Position numbers and translations under genes: made by a program. A DNA stretch of 64,000 bases from Longimicrobiales bacterium (GTDB lineage Bacteria > Gemmatimonadota > Gemmatimonadetes > Longimicrobiales > Gaopeijiaceae), in contig CBDFIQ010000001.1 of assembly GCA_965248195.1 (NCBI GenBank), positions 480,001-544,000 of the forward strand, read 5' to 3'. Below the pieces are notes generated by a model that was not told where the DNA came from, searched no databases, and saw only the letters and a program-made list of their open reading frames with translations. Positions 28,894-39,480 of the stretch are shown piece by piece. Each line of letters starts with the position of its first letter. The first letter of the stretch is position 1.

Positions 28894-28957
28894 AGTGGAG
28901 TTGGCCGCGGCGGGCAACCCATCTTGAGTTCCACCCTAATCGCCGAGGAGACGACCG

Positions 28958-29326
28958 ATGGCCCGCGTTCTTGTGATCGATGACGACGAGGAACACCGCA
29001 CGCTCGTCAGACACATGCTAGTCGGGGAAGGCCACCAGATCGACGAGGCGCTCGACGGTGCAGAAGGCCTGCGGCTCTTCGGGAAAAGCCCGCCCGATTT
29101 GGTTCTCACCGACATCAACATGCCCGGTTTGGATGGGCACGAGGTGATCACGGCCATCCGGGTGCTGCACCCCGAGGTCCCGATCATTGCGGTTTCGGGC
29201 GGGGGTGCGATTGCGAAAGACGAGCTCCTCGTGAAGGCCTCGGCTCTTGGCGCGGTCGAGATCATCATGAAGCCCTTCGAGTTCACGCAACTCGTCGGCG
29301 CGGTCAAACGGGCGCTTGCGCGATGA
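28958..29326 (+). CDS. Single-domain response regulator (CheY-like)
   Basis: VIDDD, DINMP, SG, KPF; GAGGAG RBS. Confidence 0.95.
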   Translation: MARVLVIDDDEEHRTLVRHMLVGEGHQIDEALDGAEGLRLFGKSPPDLVLTDINMPGLDGHEVITAIRVLHPEVPIIAVSGGGAIAKDELLVKASALGAVEIIMKPFEFTQLVGAVKRALAR

Positions 29327-29354
29327 TTGATCCCGAGCTCTGAGGTGCTGTGGG

Positions 29355-29972
29355 TCAAGAGGTACTGGCGCCTTGGTACTCAACCACCCGTAGGTTCCTC
29401 CACCGCACCTTGATCCCGCCCCCATCGTGGATCTGGAGCGCGATGTGACCTGTGGCCTCACCGATCTTTTCGTCCGTGAGGTCGATCATCTCGGTGCCGT
29501 TCAGCCAGGTCGTGACGCGTGAGCCGACGACCCGGATCTTCATCTCGTTCCAGTCGCCCATGCGGAGCGCGTGGTCCTTCTCCGGTTCCGGCTGGACGAG
29601 CCAGCCGCGCCCATACGATTCGTAGATCCCGCCCGAGTAGAGCCCCGGTGGGGCGACTTCGGTCTGAAATCCGGTGATGATCACGCCGTCGAGCGTCGAA
29701 CGGAAAAAGACACCGCTATTGCCGTCCGCCTCCTGCCCGAACTCGAGCGTAAGCTCGAAGTCCTTGTACATCGCGTCCGTGCGGAGGTAGCCGTACGCCG
29801 CGTCCGGGCCGCTCTCACAGACGAGCTCGCCGTCTTCGACGTACCAGCGCTCGGTTCCGTGGATCGTCCACCCGTCGAGGCTCTCGCCGTCGAAGATGGA
29901 GACGGGCTCCTGGGCCACGAGCGGGGTCGCGATCAGCAGAGCCGCGACCACTCTGCGCGGGATGTGTCTCAG
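29355..29972 (-). CDS. DUF1080 (3-keto-disaccharide hydrolase-like) protein; start uncertain
   Basis: FDGESLDGW, NSGVFFR, GHIALQIH, WRNL. Confidence 0.88.
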   Translation of the reverse strand: MRHIPRRVVAALLIATPLVAQEPVSIFDGESLDGWTIHGTERWYVEDGELVCESGPDAAYGYLRTDAMYKDFELTLEFGQEADGNSGVFFRSTLDGVIITGFQTEVAPPGLYSGGIYESYGRGWLVQPEPEKDHALRMGDWNEMKIRVVGSRVTTWLNGTEMIDLTDEKIGEATGHIALQIHDGGGIKVRWRNLRVVEYQGASTS

Positions 29973-29973
29973 C

Positions 29974-30750
29974 TCAGCCCCCCCCACCGATTGGCCGGAT
30001 CTTGATGTTGCGATACCAGACCGGCGTACCGTGATCCTGCAGCCCAATCGAACCGGAGGGTGCGCGGGCGTAGTGCTCCTCCTCGCCGAACTTGCTCGCC
30101 GCGACCAGCGCCTCCCACTCCTCCGCATACAGCTCGTACTCGACCGTCATCTCCCCGTTGAGCCAGTGCTCGACATGATTTCCCTCGACCACGATCCGCC
30201 CGGTGTTCCACTCACCGACCGGCTTCGTCGGGCGCACGAGCGCCGACTGCAGGTCGTAGTTGTCGCCTGTGAGATGCGTGTTCATGTCCATCGTGCCCAT
30301 GTCGATGTAGGCCGCATCGTCGAGCACCTGGTACTCCGCGGCAACCTGGAACAGGCCCTTGCCGTCCTTTTCCTGCACGCGGTAGAAGACGCCGCTGTTT
30401 CCTTCCGGGCCGACCTTGAAATCGAAGACCAGCGCGAAGTCCGTGAACTTCGCAACGGTGATGATGTCGCCCCCGTCCATGTTACCGCTCGTCGACTGAC
30501 CGACGAGCTCGCCTCGCTCGACCTTCCAGCCTCCGGTCGGGAAGTCCTCGCGACCGTATCCCCGCCAACCGTCCGTGGAGACACCGTCGAAGAGCAAGGT
30601 CCAGCCGGCCGCCACCTCTTCTGCGGCGAGCATGTTGGGTCCCGGCGCCTCAGCCATCGCGTCGGCGGTGGGCGCGTCGTCCCCACCGCTCCCGCATGCG
30701 GCGATCGTAAAAAGTGCCAGCAGCGCCGCGAATCCGGTGAGTGTCCTCAC
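29974..30750 (-). CDS. DUF1080 lipoprotein
   Basis: Lipobox IAAC; LFDG, GNSGVFY, EYQVLD, GLQDHG, YRNIKI. Confidence 0.92.
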   Translation of the reverse strand: MRTLTGFAALLALFTIAACGSGGDDAPTADAMAEAPGPNMLAAEEVAAGWTLLFDGVSTDGWRGYGREDFPTGGWKVERGELVGQSTSGNMDGGDIITVAKFTDFALVFDFKVGPEGNSGVFYRVQEKDGKGLFQVAAEYQVLDDAAYIDMGTMDMNTHLTGDNYDLQSALVRPTKPVGEWNTGRIVVEGNHVEHWLNGEMTVEYELYAEEWEALVAASKFGEEEHYARAPSGSIGLQDHGTPVWYRNIKIRPIGGGG

Positions 30751-32114
30751 AGGACCTCCATTTTCTCTGGATCCCAGATGACCACCTTCTCGTCGAAGTA
30801 GCTGTCGTTGCACGCGAGTGCCGGGGCGGCCGCCCTCAGCCCGAAGCTCGCGTCTTCGGTCACGGGTGTACCCTCTCTGACGCCGCTGAAGAAGTGCATG
30901 AAGTGGTCGAAGTGCGCGCCTTTGTACGTGTCCTCGGCCAAGTAGACGCTCTCGGCCGGCGGAAGCATCTGCGCCCGGGCCTCGACCGCCTGCGCCATCT
31001 CGTCGCTCTTCATCTGTAGGAAGACGTCCGTCGGGTTGACCGCCTTGTTGCGACGCAGCACGACCTCGGTCCACGTCACGTCCATGGCGCCCTCGCTTCC
31101 CACCAGCCGGAGGAACGTGGTGCCCGACGTGCCATCGACGAAGTTGACTCGCAGCGAGAGGTTGAATGGGGGATGCGTGTCGGCCTCGGGGTAGTCGAAC
31201 ATACCGAGCAGGATGTCCGGCACCTCGCGGCCGTCCTTCCAGTACCGGAGGCCCCCTTGGGCCATGATCTTGCGCGGTCCCTTGGACGACGTCACGAGGT
31301 GCAGGCTCGAGAAGAGGTGCACGAAGAGATCTCCCGAGACGCCCGTTCCGTAGTCGCGGTAGTTCCTCCATCGGAAGATGCGGAGCGGATCGTACGGCAG
31401 CCGGGGGGCGCTGCCGAGGAACATGTCCCAGTCCACGGTCTGCTCCGAGGCGTCTTCCGGGATCTCGTACTGCCAGGCGCCGATCGGGTCGTTGCGGGCC
31501 CAGAAGCCTTCGGCGTAGTTGAGCTCGCCGATCGCGCCCTCCTCGAGCAGCTCCTTGGCCTTCTCGTTTCCGAGCGAGCTCATGCCCTGGCTGCCCACCT
31601 GAAAGGTCTTGCCGGACTCCTGCTGAGCTCGGACAAGCTCTGCGCCCTGCTCGATCGTGTGCACCATCGGCTTCTCGCAGTACACGGCCTTTCCAGCTCG
31701 CAGCGCGTCCACCGACATCTGCATGTGCCAGTGATCGGGGGTCCCGACGATGACGGCGTCGATGTCGTCTCGCGCCAGGATCTCACGGTAGTCTCGCGTG
31801 GTGAAGACGTCTGCACCGTGGAGTTCCTTGGCACGCTCCAGCCGGCCGTCGTAGCAGTCGGCAGCGGCGACGAGCTTCACGCCTGGCACCTGAAGCGCCG
31901 TGTCCACGTCGGTCATGCCCATGCCGCCCGCGCCGATCACCGCGAGTTGAACCTGGTCGTTGGCGGACTGGTATCGGCGAGCGGCAAGCGCGTGCACGTC
32001 TCGGCGCTCAGCAGCCGACAGGATCCTAGGTGTCGCGCCGGCGGCCAACGCTCCGAGGGCGAGGTTGCCGACGAACGCGCGCCGGGACTGAGGGACTCCA
32101 CCGGAACTCGTCAA
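30747..32114 (-). CDS. Gfo/Idh/MocA oxidoreductase with Tat signal
   Basis: SRRAFV, IGAGGMG, TPDHWH, YCEKP. Confidence 0.95.
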   Translation of the reverse strand: MTSSGGVPQSRRAFVGNLALGALAAGATPRILSAAERRDVHALAARRYQSANDQVQLAVIGAGGMGMTDVDTALQVPGVKLVAAADCYDGRLERAKELHGADVFTTRDYREILARDDIDAVIVGTPDHWHMQMSVDALRAGKAVYCEKPMVHTIEQGAELVRAQQESGKTFQVGSQGMSSLGNEKAKELLEEGAIGELNYAEGFWARNDPIGAWQYEIPEDASEQTVDWDMFLGSAPRLPYDPLRIFRWRNYRDYGTGVSGDLFVHLFSSLHLVTSSKGPRKIMAQGGLRYWKDGREVPDILLGMFDYPEADTHPPFNLSLRVNFVDGTSGTTFLRLVGSEGAMDVTWTEVVLRRNKAVNPTDVFLQMKSDEMAQAVEARAQMLPPAESVYLAEDTYKGAHFDHFMHFFSGVREGTPVTEDASFGLRAAAPALACNDSYFDEKVVIWDPEKMEVL

Positions 32115-32511
32115 AGCACTGGATCTCCGTGGGGTTTGGGCGGCCGGCGCCCCTTGCTGGGCAGCAATCGGGCCGGACTGTAGAATACGCAGCGGGCGCG
32201 ACGATCGCCAGCGATCCTAACCGGTGACTTGACCGCCAGAGCGCCTTGCATCCTGATTGCCTCCCGTAGAACGGCGGAGGCTGACCACAGCTGGGCTTGG
32301 GGAGGGAACTTGCGGTCTCCCGGGGTTGTCGGGCCCTCGCGGTCTCCCCTACGTTGCCATCCACGCTGCACGGATCCGCTACGGATTGGTGCCGAGTGGC
32401 TCGTGAGAAGGGGGCTGAGAAGAGCGGGCCACGCAGATCCTTACGCTGTCACCTCCGAGAGAAGGCGAAGCCGTCAGAGTTGGTCGGACTCGCATGATGC
32501 AATGGGGAGCC

Positions 32512-33636
32512 ATGAGCAAAAAGAGATTCGAGTCCCTGACCGCACCCTGCACGCTTCTCATGCTCATCTCCCTGGCCGTTCTCACTGTGCCGGTTAGAGC
32601 CCAGACCAATAACTCGTCCGTGCGGGGACTCCTAACCGGATACGGGTCCGTGGGCTATTCGGCGGTGCCGAGCGATCAGTTTCAGAACGACTTCACCACG
32701 AAATTTGCCCCCACTCTTCTCTTCCAGGTCCATGACGACATCCTGTTCGAGGGAGAGTTCGACTTCGAACTCGAGGACAATGGGACGGAGGTGCATCTCG
32801 AACACGCCCAGATCCACTACCTGGGGTTCGAGCACTTGCAGTTCTCTGCCGGCATGTTCCACCTGCCGTTCGGCGTCTGGATGCACGCGGACTGGATCAA
32901 CCGGATGCCGACCCCGCCGCTCCTCTACGAGGACTCCCACGGCGCACCTCCCGAAGGCGCCCTACTTCCGCTCCCCCTCGACGTGGGTGTGATGGCCAAG
33001 GCGACCCTCCCCCTGATCGACGGGTGGAGAACCTCCGCAGCCCTCTGGGTGTCGCAGGGGCCGGCTTCGGGTCTCGGGATCCACGCTCATGGAGATGAGG
33101 GCCAGGACGACGAACCGGCCTCGGACGCTGCCCCTCTCAGCTATGGTGCCAACTTCGAAGACAACAACTCGGACAAGATGGTGGGGCTCCGGCTTCGAGC
33201 GGTCTCCGGCGGCGGACTGACCCTGCAAGGGTCCGGATTTCGCGCGGTCTACGACGAGGCCGGGGACTTGAGCGTTCACGGCCTGAACCTGTCCCTGATC
33301 TGGACCCCCGGGAGGGGGCCACAGCCCCTGCTCGACTTCCGAGGAGAAGGGATTTTGCTCATCCAGGAATATCCCGACCAGAATGCGGTGGAGTCCGTGG
33401 AGTACGGTGGATATTACCTTCAAATCAGCCGGCGGCTCGACGCATTCGAGCCCGTGGTGCGATGGTCGCACCTTCCGCGGGCTCTTGCCGGTGACGGGCC
33501 GGTCGTGGAAAGGCGGCGACAGCTCGCTGTCGGGTTGAACTACTGGATCTCCCCCTCGGTGCCCGTCAAGTTCGCTTACCACTTCGAGCTAGGCGGAACC
33601 GACGGCTTTTCCCTCGCATGGGTAGCGGGGTTCTAA
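32512..33636 (+). CDS. Outer-membrane beta-barrel/porin-like protein
   Basis: Signal peptide, GMFHLPFG, DNNSDK, C-terminal Phe. Confidence 0.75.
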   Translation: MSKKRFESLTAPCTLLMLISLAVLTVPVRAQTNNSSVRGLLTGYGSVGYSAVPSDQFQNDFTTKFAPTLLFQVHDDILFEGEFDFELEDNGTEVHLEHAQIHYLGFEHLQFSAGMFHLPFGVWMHADWINRMPTPPLLYEDSHGAPPEGALLPLPLDVGVMAKATLPLIDGWRTSAALWVSQGPASGLGIHAHGDEGQDDEPASDAAPLSYGANFEDNNSDKMVGLRLRAVSGGGLTLQGSGFRAVYDEAGDLSVHGLNLSLIWTPGRGPQPLLDFRGEGILLIQEYPDQNAVESVEYGGYYLQISRRLDAFEPVVRWSHLPRALAGDGPVVERRRQLAVGLNYWISPSVPVKFAYHFELGGTDGFSLAWVAGF

Positions 33637-33924
33637 ATGAAGATTCCACATCGCATGGCGCTCCTCGGATTTGCCGTCTCGCTGATGGCCGTCGGATGCG
33701 CGGGGTCAACGGGTCAGCAGCGGGTCGCCGATGTCGACCAAGGAGCTCGCATCTGGACAGGGATGTGCGTCCGCTGCCACAACCGCCGTTCGGCCCCCGA
33801 GTTCACTGTCGAGCAGTGGCCGGTCATTGTGAACCACATGCGCACCCGGGCGGACCTGACGAAATCGGAGGCCGAGGCTGTGGCCTCTTTTGTGCGGGGG
33901 CTGAGGGAGCGGGTGAACCCGTGA
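33637..33924 (+). CDS. Small monoheme c-type cytochrome lipoprotein
   Basis: Lipobox AVGC; CVRCH; distal HM. Confidence 0.85.
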   Translation: MKIPHRMALLGFAVSLMAVGCAGSTGQQRVADVDQGARIWTGMCVRCHNRRSAPEFTVEQWPVIVNHMRTRADLTKSEAEAVASFVRGLRERVNP

Positions 33925-34116
33925 AGCGACCGGCGCCGGGGCGGGGAGTGGCGCCATCTCTTTGCCGACTCGGATCACTACCCGATCAATCCATAGCCTG
34001 CACGCCGATTCAGAACTCGGTCTCCCGGGCTGTTGGAGAGGGGGAGTGACACCGGATCCGGCTCACCAGAGTTAGTCGCGCTTGCATAGCGCGTGGGTCA
34101 AGAGGACATTGGGGGT

Positions 34117-34962
34117 ATGAACAGAAAGTCGGACCCGCTGGCATTGTTCCGTGCGCTCCATGGGCGCCGCGTCTGGAGCGTTGCGGTGGCCTACCTCGTC
34201 GTCGGTTTCGGACTCGTCGAGGCCTCGGAGCTCGTTTTCTCACGCTTCCAGCTACCAGCGACTGCAGTAGACGTAGTCCTCGCCGTCCTCCTCTTCGCAT
34301 TTCCGGTCGCCCTGCTCTTGGCTTGGAAGATTGGGACCGACGAGAAGGGCATTGAAGTCCCGGCCGTCTTTCCGCTGTTTGCCCTTCTTCTTGTTGGCAC
34401 CGGGTCTGCGTGGCTGGGAGTGCGGGTGCTCCAAACCGGCCAAGCCGAAACACCCGCGCCTCCCGGTGCGGAGCCGCTAGTCGTTTTGATGGACTCTCCG
34501 CATCCTGCCAGGGTCTACGACGAGGAGACGCGGGCCGTTAACGGAACCAACGCCGACGTACTCAGGGACATCCTCCTCGATCTTCCCATTCGACGCCAGC
34601 GGGAATCGATCGGTCCGGATTGGCATCGTGACGAGGAGATTCTTCAGTTCGATCCCGACTTGATCGTGATTCACTACTCGGGCTTCCGGCAGGAGGACGG
34701 TACCGGGCCGCGCGCGCGACTGAAGCTGCTGATCAGCTACTTCGCGGAGTCGGATACCCGCTTCCTAGTCTATAGTCGAGCCAACGAGGAGGCCCTCGGA
34801 CAGAACATGAGGGACCTGCTTTCGGACTTGGAGGCAGAGTACCCAGGCCTAATGTCGCGGATGGGCGTATTCGGACTCTTGGACTATGGTCCTCCTAGCT
34901 GGCTCAGCCCCTTGACGGCGAATCCGATCAAGCTACGCGTCAAGGAGATACTCGGCCTTTAG
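34117..34962 (+). CDS. Membrane protein with three N-terminal TM helices
   Basis: RRVWSVAVAY...FPVALLLAW N-terminal module followed by a soluble domain. Confidence 0.75.
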   Translation: MNRKSDPLALFRALHGRRVWSVAVAYLVVGFGLVEASELVFSRFQLPATAVDVVLAVLLFAFPVALLLAWKIGTDEKGIEVPAVFPLFALLLVGTGSAWLGVRVLQTGQAETPAPPGAEPLVVLMDSPHPARVYDEETRAVNGTNADVLRDILLDLPIRRQRESIGPDWHRDEEILQFDPDLIVIHYSGFRQEDGTGPRARLKLLISYFAESDTRFLVYSRANEEALGQNMRDLLSDLEAEYPGLMSRMGVFGLLDYGPPSWLSPLTANPIKLRVKEILGL

Positions 34963-35074
34963 CAGGAGGCGTAGCTCGTCGGGTGTGGCCCGGTGTGACG
35001 TTAGATGCCACTTCAAGTAGTGTCGGAAGTCGACCTCCCGTTACGTTGGGCGATCAAACCGCTCCAGGCTGGAG

Positions 35075-35542
35075 GTGGTGAAAATGGGCGTGGACGTCTC
35101 GACCGCGATCACCATAGTTTGTCCGCGGCTCCGGGTGAGCGATTTCGCAGGGGACCCGAGCAACGCGCCGGAATGGTACGTGAATATCAAGTCGGTCGAC
35201 TGGGTGACCGAGCCCATACCCGAGATCGGATCTCGCGTGGCCTTCGTCGCCCGTTTCCTTGGACGCCGCCTCGCCTACACCTATGAGATCACCGAGTTGA
35301 AGCCTGGCCGTCGAATGGTCATGCGAACGGCCGAAGGGCCCTTTCCAATGGAGACTATCTATACCTGGGAGGATGCACCCAAGGGCGCCACGAGAATGAC
35401 ACTCAGGAATCGAGGCCAGCCGTGGGGCTTCTCGCGAATCATGGCCCCTCTCATGGTCTTGGCGATGCGGCGGGCAAATCGGAAGGATCTGCGACTCCTC
35501 AAGGCGATTCTGGAGAGCCGTGGCTCCGCGGCAGAAGCATGA
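35075..35542 (+). CDS. SRPBCC/polyketide-cyclase family protein
   Basis: [28 protein letters not shown]. Confidence 0.88.
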   Translation: MVKMGVDVSTAITIVCPRLRVSDFAGDPSNAPEWYVNIKSVDWVTEPIPEIGSRVAFVARFLGRRLAYTYEITELKPGRRMVMRTAEGPFPMETIYTWEDAPKGATRMTLRNRGQPWGFSRIMAPLMVLAMRRANRKDLRLLKAILESRGSAAEA

Positions 35543-35640
35543 TGGTGGTTCGTGGGAGGCTTCCGGAAGCTCCCCCGGATGAGGGCTATCACTTCACGAG
35601 CGCGACCCACGACCATGCGGTGACCACAACGTTCGTTCCA

Positions 35641-37164
35641 CTATCGGGCGCCCGCGCCGCCCTGCGCCGAGGGGGTGGACGCGGGTTCGAGATCCGCACG
35701 ATCGAGCTGGTTCACGCCGTCGATGATCCTGGCGTAAGCCCGCACGATCTGCCCGAGGCCCACGGCCGGAATCCAGTCCGGTGTGTCCTGCTCGGTATGC
35801 TTGATCTCGGGTGAGGTGATGACCTGAATAGACGGAACGTCCCGGGCCATCCTGCCCATCTCACCTGACGCGCCGGGCTCCATGTCTCCTGTGACCGCTA
35901 CGTTCAAGCGGTTGAAGGAGTCGAGCACGGTGCCGAGCAGTCTGTCACTGCCCCACACCCACCACCGCATGGGGGAGACCGCGTTCGTCTTACGCAGAGT
36001 CGGTCCCCAGTACTTCGTCCGCACGATGGCCACGTGCTCCAGATTGATGGCGAGCACGGTGTTCGCGAGCGCGGTCTCGAGATTGTCGTGGAGCCAACGG
36101 GTGCCCGGCCCGGAGTGATGCCCCACCGAGCCGAGAAAGCGGATGGTGCGCCGGCGCTCGAACTGGGGAACCTTCGCGAAGTGCTCGAGCAGGCCCATCA
36201 TGGCGGCAAGCCCCGACGCGTTGTCCGAGGCCGCTTGGAAGTAGCCGTCCATGTGCGCGATGATGAGGATCTCCTCATCGCTCATCCCCGGAAGTGTGCC
36301 CCAGACGCTGGACGCCTGGAGGCCTGCAACCACCTCGCTCTGCATCTCGAGGTTCACCGTAACTCGCTCGCCCCTCCCGAGCAGCTCACGGAGCATCAAG
36401 CCGTCCTCGTACCCGAGGTTGAAGCCCGGCCTACCCGAGGTCCGTTGCCAGACCGCGAAGTTATCCGAGATTCCGTACACGATTCCGACCGCCGCCGCCC
36501 CGTACTCGAACGCTCGGGCAACCGACCCCTCCGTTCGAATCGAATGCCGGAGCGTACCCGGCCTCGGAATATCCATGATCAGCACGGCCTTTCCACGAAC
36601 ATCGCGCCCGATGTAGTCGGCGTCGCTACCGGTCCCGAGCCACACCAACTCGAAATCGAGCCCGCCGGGAGGCGTCGATTCAGCGCCCTGCGGCGGTCGG
36701 GCAGACTCCAGCTCGAACGATCGGACACCTGCGCCGAAGGTGATCGTCCAGCTCTCGGGCTTCCACTGCGGCCCTACGTCGAAAGACTGCCGGTGTACGT
36801 CCTCCAGGCCGTTCGCGCGGAAGTATCGCTCGACCCAGTCCTGCGTCTCCTCGTGGCCGACTGTGCCGATGTTCCGGCCCCAGAAAACGTTGCCGCGGTC
36901 CCGATCGGCGAGAGAAATCGCGTCGACCTCCATGACAATGGACTTCAGCCGATTCCCATCGATATCTGCATATTTCTGGTCATCGGCCCGTAACGGGATC
37001 TGGATGAAGGCGTCGTCCCGTACGTCGCCGGAGGAGTCGAGGAGCGGTTGTCCCAGAGGGTTCGGGGCGTTCTGAGCGGTCAGGGAACCACTCGTGAGGA
37101 CCGCGAGAATCGCCATTGCCCCCAACATTCGCCCACCATGGCACCGCTCTTGAACGGGGACCAT
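35641..37164 (-). CDS. M28-family metallopeptidase with PA domain
   Basis: IIAHMD, ASDNASG, INLEH; GGAGG RBS before ATG 37164. Confidence 0.85.
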   Translation of the reverse strand: MVPVQERCHGGRMLGAMAILAVLTSGSLTAQNAPNPLGQPLLDSSGDVRDDAFIQIPLRADDQKYADIDGNRLKSIVMEVDAISLADRDRGNVFWGRNIGTVGHEETQDWVERYFRANGLEDVHRQSFDVGPQWKPESWTITFGAGVRSFELESARPPQGAESTPPGGLDFELVWLGTGSDADYIGRDVRGKAVLIMDIPRPGTLRHSIRTEGSVARAFEYGAAAVGIVYGISDNFAVWQRTSGRPGFNLGYEDGLMLRELLGRGERVTVNLEMQSEVVAGLQASSVWGTLPGMSDEEILIIAHMDGYFQAASDNASGLAAMMGLLEHFAKVPQFERRRTIRFLGSVGHHSGPGTRWLHDNLETALANTVLAINLEHVAIVRTKYWGPTLRKTNAVSPMRWWVWGSDRLLGTVLDSFNRLNVAVTGDMEPGASGEMGRMARDVPSIQVITSPEIKHTEQDTPDWIPAVGLGQIVRAYARIIDGVNQLDRADLEPASTPSAQGGAGAR

Positions 37165-37232
37165 CAGATCTACCTCCGATACCTGCGTGGAGGCTCCTTG
37201 CGGCGCTCGGCCAGGAAGGCAACGACCTAGCA

Positions 37233-38738
37233 TCACTGCACCCCCGAAAGAACCTCCTCGAAGGTCTCGACGGAGATTCCGACCGCCAACTGGTCGATCA
37301 CGGCGCGCCGGATCCGGATCCACTCGTCGTCCCACTCGCCCAAGTCGAAGAGGCGGGCGTTTCGGTTGTTCAGCCGGAGCTGCCAGGGGTCACCGTCGAA
37401 CACGCCCTCGCGAAACGATCCCTCCTGCTCTGCGATGATGGTGAATTCTGCGACAGCCCGGCCATCCAGGTTCACAAGCATGACGTCGGCCTCGGCGCGC
37501 ACGACGCGCTCGCCTGAGGTGACGCGGTAGGTCACGGTGTCGCCGATTTCATACGTCACCCATCTCCGGCTCGAAGTCCTGCCGGAATTCTGGTCGGAGC
37601 TTCGGCCTCCGCCCCAACCACGGCCCCGGCACTCGTCACCGCCCAGACCCGCTCCGCGGCCACGGTCCCGCCCCCGGCCCGGTCCGTCACATTCGTCGCG
37701 GCCCGCATCCCGCCCCCGCCTCCGGCTCAGATCCTGCCTCCGGATCACGGCTGTGCGTTCCTTGACCTCTACGTTCTCATCCGAGATCCTGATCGAGGTG
37801 ACTTCGACCATGACACCGTAGTCCGCGCCGATAAGATTGAGTGCCCGGCCCACCAACGCGGAGGACTGGGGGATGCGTCCGCGCAGCAGCCCGCGGAGCT
37901 CCCGGCGCAGAATGTTGGCATCCGCCATCTGCACGAACGGCGGGGGGTCACGCCAATACCCTGTCTCCATGCCTTCGTCGAGGTCGACCTCGAGCTCGGC
38001 ACCCACGATGTCACGGACCCGCCCGGTCGCGGACACAGGGAGCGCGGCCACGACCACCGTCCCCATCGCCAACGTGCGATCCTGAAGCCCACGTACTTCC
38101 AGAACGATGGGGCGAGGGGTCGAGCGGCGCACAGACAGAGCCCGCTCGGCCACGCCGTAGGCGGCTCTCGGCCTACGGTCCCCCAGCTCGACCTCGGCCC
38201 AGTCGATGATGACACGTGTTTGCGCATCGAGAGAGGCCTCCCTCTGGTCCCGCGACGGCGAGAAGTTGTCCCGCACGGAAGCGAACGCTCGAATGGCATC
38301 CTCCCATCGTCCCTCGCGCGAAGCGTCCTCGCCCTCGACCATGTACCACCCGATGGCCCTTTCGAAGGCAGTCCGGCGGGCCACCCGGTAGCCGTCAGGC
38401 TCCAGGAGCCGCATTCCGACCGAGCGCACACGTGACATGAGCCGATCGATCGCCTGGAACTGACGAGCGGCGCCAACCGGCTCACCCCGGCCATCGACAT
38501 AATCGGCCTCTTCAAGAGCGAGCATTATCGCCGAATCGCCCACGATCAACAGCCGGTCTCTGGCCTCCTGAAGCGACGAGTCTCTTTCCACCGCGTCCGC
38601 ATACCGGTACGCGGCCTCCATGTACCGGCCCTGGGCCTGAAGCTCGAGCCCGTCGTTGAACCGGTCTGTCGCCGACGCGCACGCCGTGGCGAAGAGGAGC
38701 GGAAATGCGAAAAATAAGCTTCTGCGTGTCGTGGCCAT
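37233..38738 (-). CDS. Lipoprotein with TPR-like helices
   Basis: Lipobox ATAC; helical N-terminal half; Gly/Arg low-complexity insert. Confidence 0.75.
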   Translation of the reverse strand: MATTRRSLFFAFPLLFATACASATDRFNDGLELQAQGRYMEAAYRYADAVERDSSLQEARDRLLIVGDSAIMLALEEADYVDGRGEPVGAARQFQAIDRLMSRVRSVGMRLLEPDGYRVARRTAFERAIGWYMVEGEDASREGRWEDAIRAFASVRDNFSPSRDQREASLDAQTRVIIDWAEVELGDRRPRAAYGVAERALSVRRSTPRPIVLEVRGLQDRTLAMGTVVVAALPVSATGRVRDIVGAELEVDLDEGMETGYWRDPPPFVQMADANILRRELRGLLRGRIPQSSALVGRALNLIGADYGVMVEVTSIRISDENVEVKERTAVIRRQDLSRRRGRDAGRDECDGPGRGRDRGRGAGLGGDECRGRGWGGGRSSDQNSGRTSSRRWVTYEIGDTVTYRVTSGERVVRAEADVMLVNLDGRAVAEFTIIAEQEGSFREGVFDGDPWQLRLNNRNARLFDLGEWDDEWIRIRRAVIDQLAVGISVETFEEVLSGVQ

Positions 38739-38976
38739 GGTCGATCCTTACCCCGAGCCCGTGGAATTGTCGCATGCAATCATGTCTCTTCTCAAGTTTC
38801 GAATCGCAACAGCGACGGCGCAACAATTTTTCGTCACAATCTTCACCGTCCGCTCGTTCTCCTATGGACGGGGGTGGCGAGGCCCTTGCCCCGGTGGGGC
38901 GCCCGCGTCAGATCCCTTCGAAGGGATGACGCCTGTGCGAAAGGAGCGTTGCGCTACTTTCGGAGATCCGAGCCAC

Positions 38977-39480
38977 GTGAGCTTTGAAGCGACATTCGAG
39001 GAGCTTTATCCGGGCCTGTTCCGGTACTGCCACCGATTGACCGGCGATCCGGATCTGGCCGACGACGTGGCCCAGGAGGCCTTCGTGCGGCTGTACGACC
39101 GTCGGGTGGAGGGGACGGAGGAAGGCCTTCGAGCGTGGCTCTTCCGTACGGCCACGCATCTGGTGCGGGATCGGCACCGCGTGGGCGAAAACCGACGGCG
39201 GCTTCTCGAAGCCCATCCCGTCGAGCCGGGCGGCCCGGAGCCTCCCGACGAGGCGGTTCAAAGACAGGAGCAGGTGGCCCATGTGCGTAAGGCACTGGAA
39301 CACCTGAGCGAACGAGAACGGGAGATGCTGCTCATGCGGCACGCAGGCTTCAGCTATCGAGAAGTCGCTGAGGCGGTCGAGGTCGCGCCGAGCTCGGTGG
39401 GCACGCTACTGGCGCGTGCCGAAAGGAATTTCGTGAGTGTTTATAAAACTCCAGGAGAGAGTGATGTCGCACCTCGATGA
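38977..39480 (+). CDS. ECF RNA polymerase sigma factor
   Basis: ADDVAQEAF, WLFR, GFSYREVAE, SVGTLLARA. Confidence 0.93.
   Translation: MSFEATFEELYPGLFRYCHRLTGDPDLADDVAQEAFVRLYDRRVEGTEEGLRAWLFRTATHLVRDRHRVGENRRRLLEAHPVEPGGPEPPDEAVQRQEQVAHVRKALEHLSEREREMLLMRHAGFSYREVAEAVEVAPSSVGTLLARAERNFVSVYKTPGESDVAPR

Noticed and set aside
29896..32183. Long plus-strand ORFs (also 36034-36993, 45301-46110, 58392-59240, 61578-62828)
   Set aside because: Antisense shadows of well-supported genes in GC-rich DNA
32230..32500. Riboswitch or tRNA upstream of the porin gene
   Set aside because: No recognisable consensus by eye; needs an Rfam/Infernal scan
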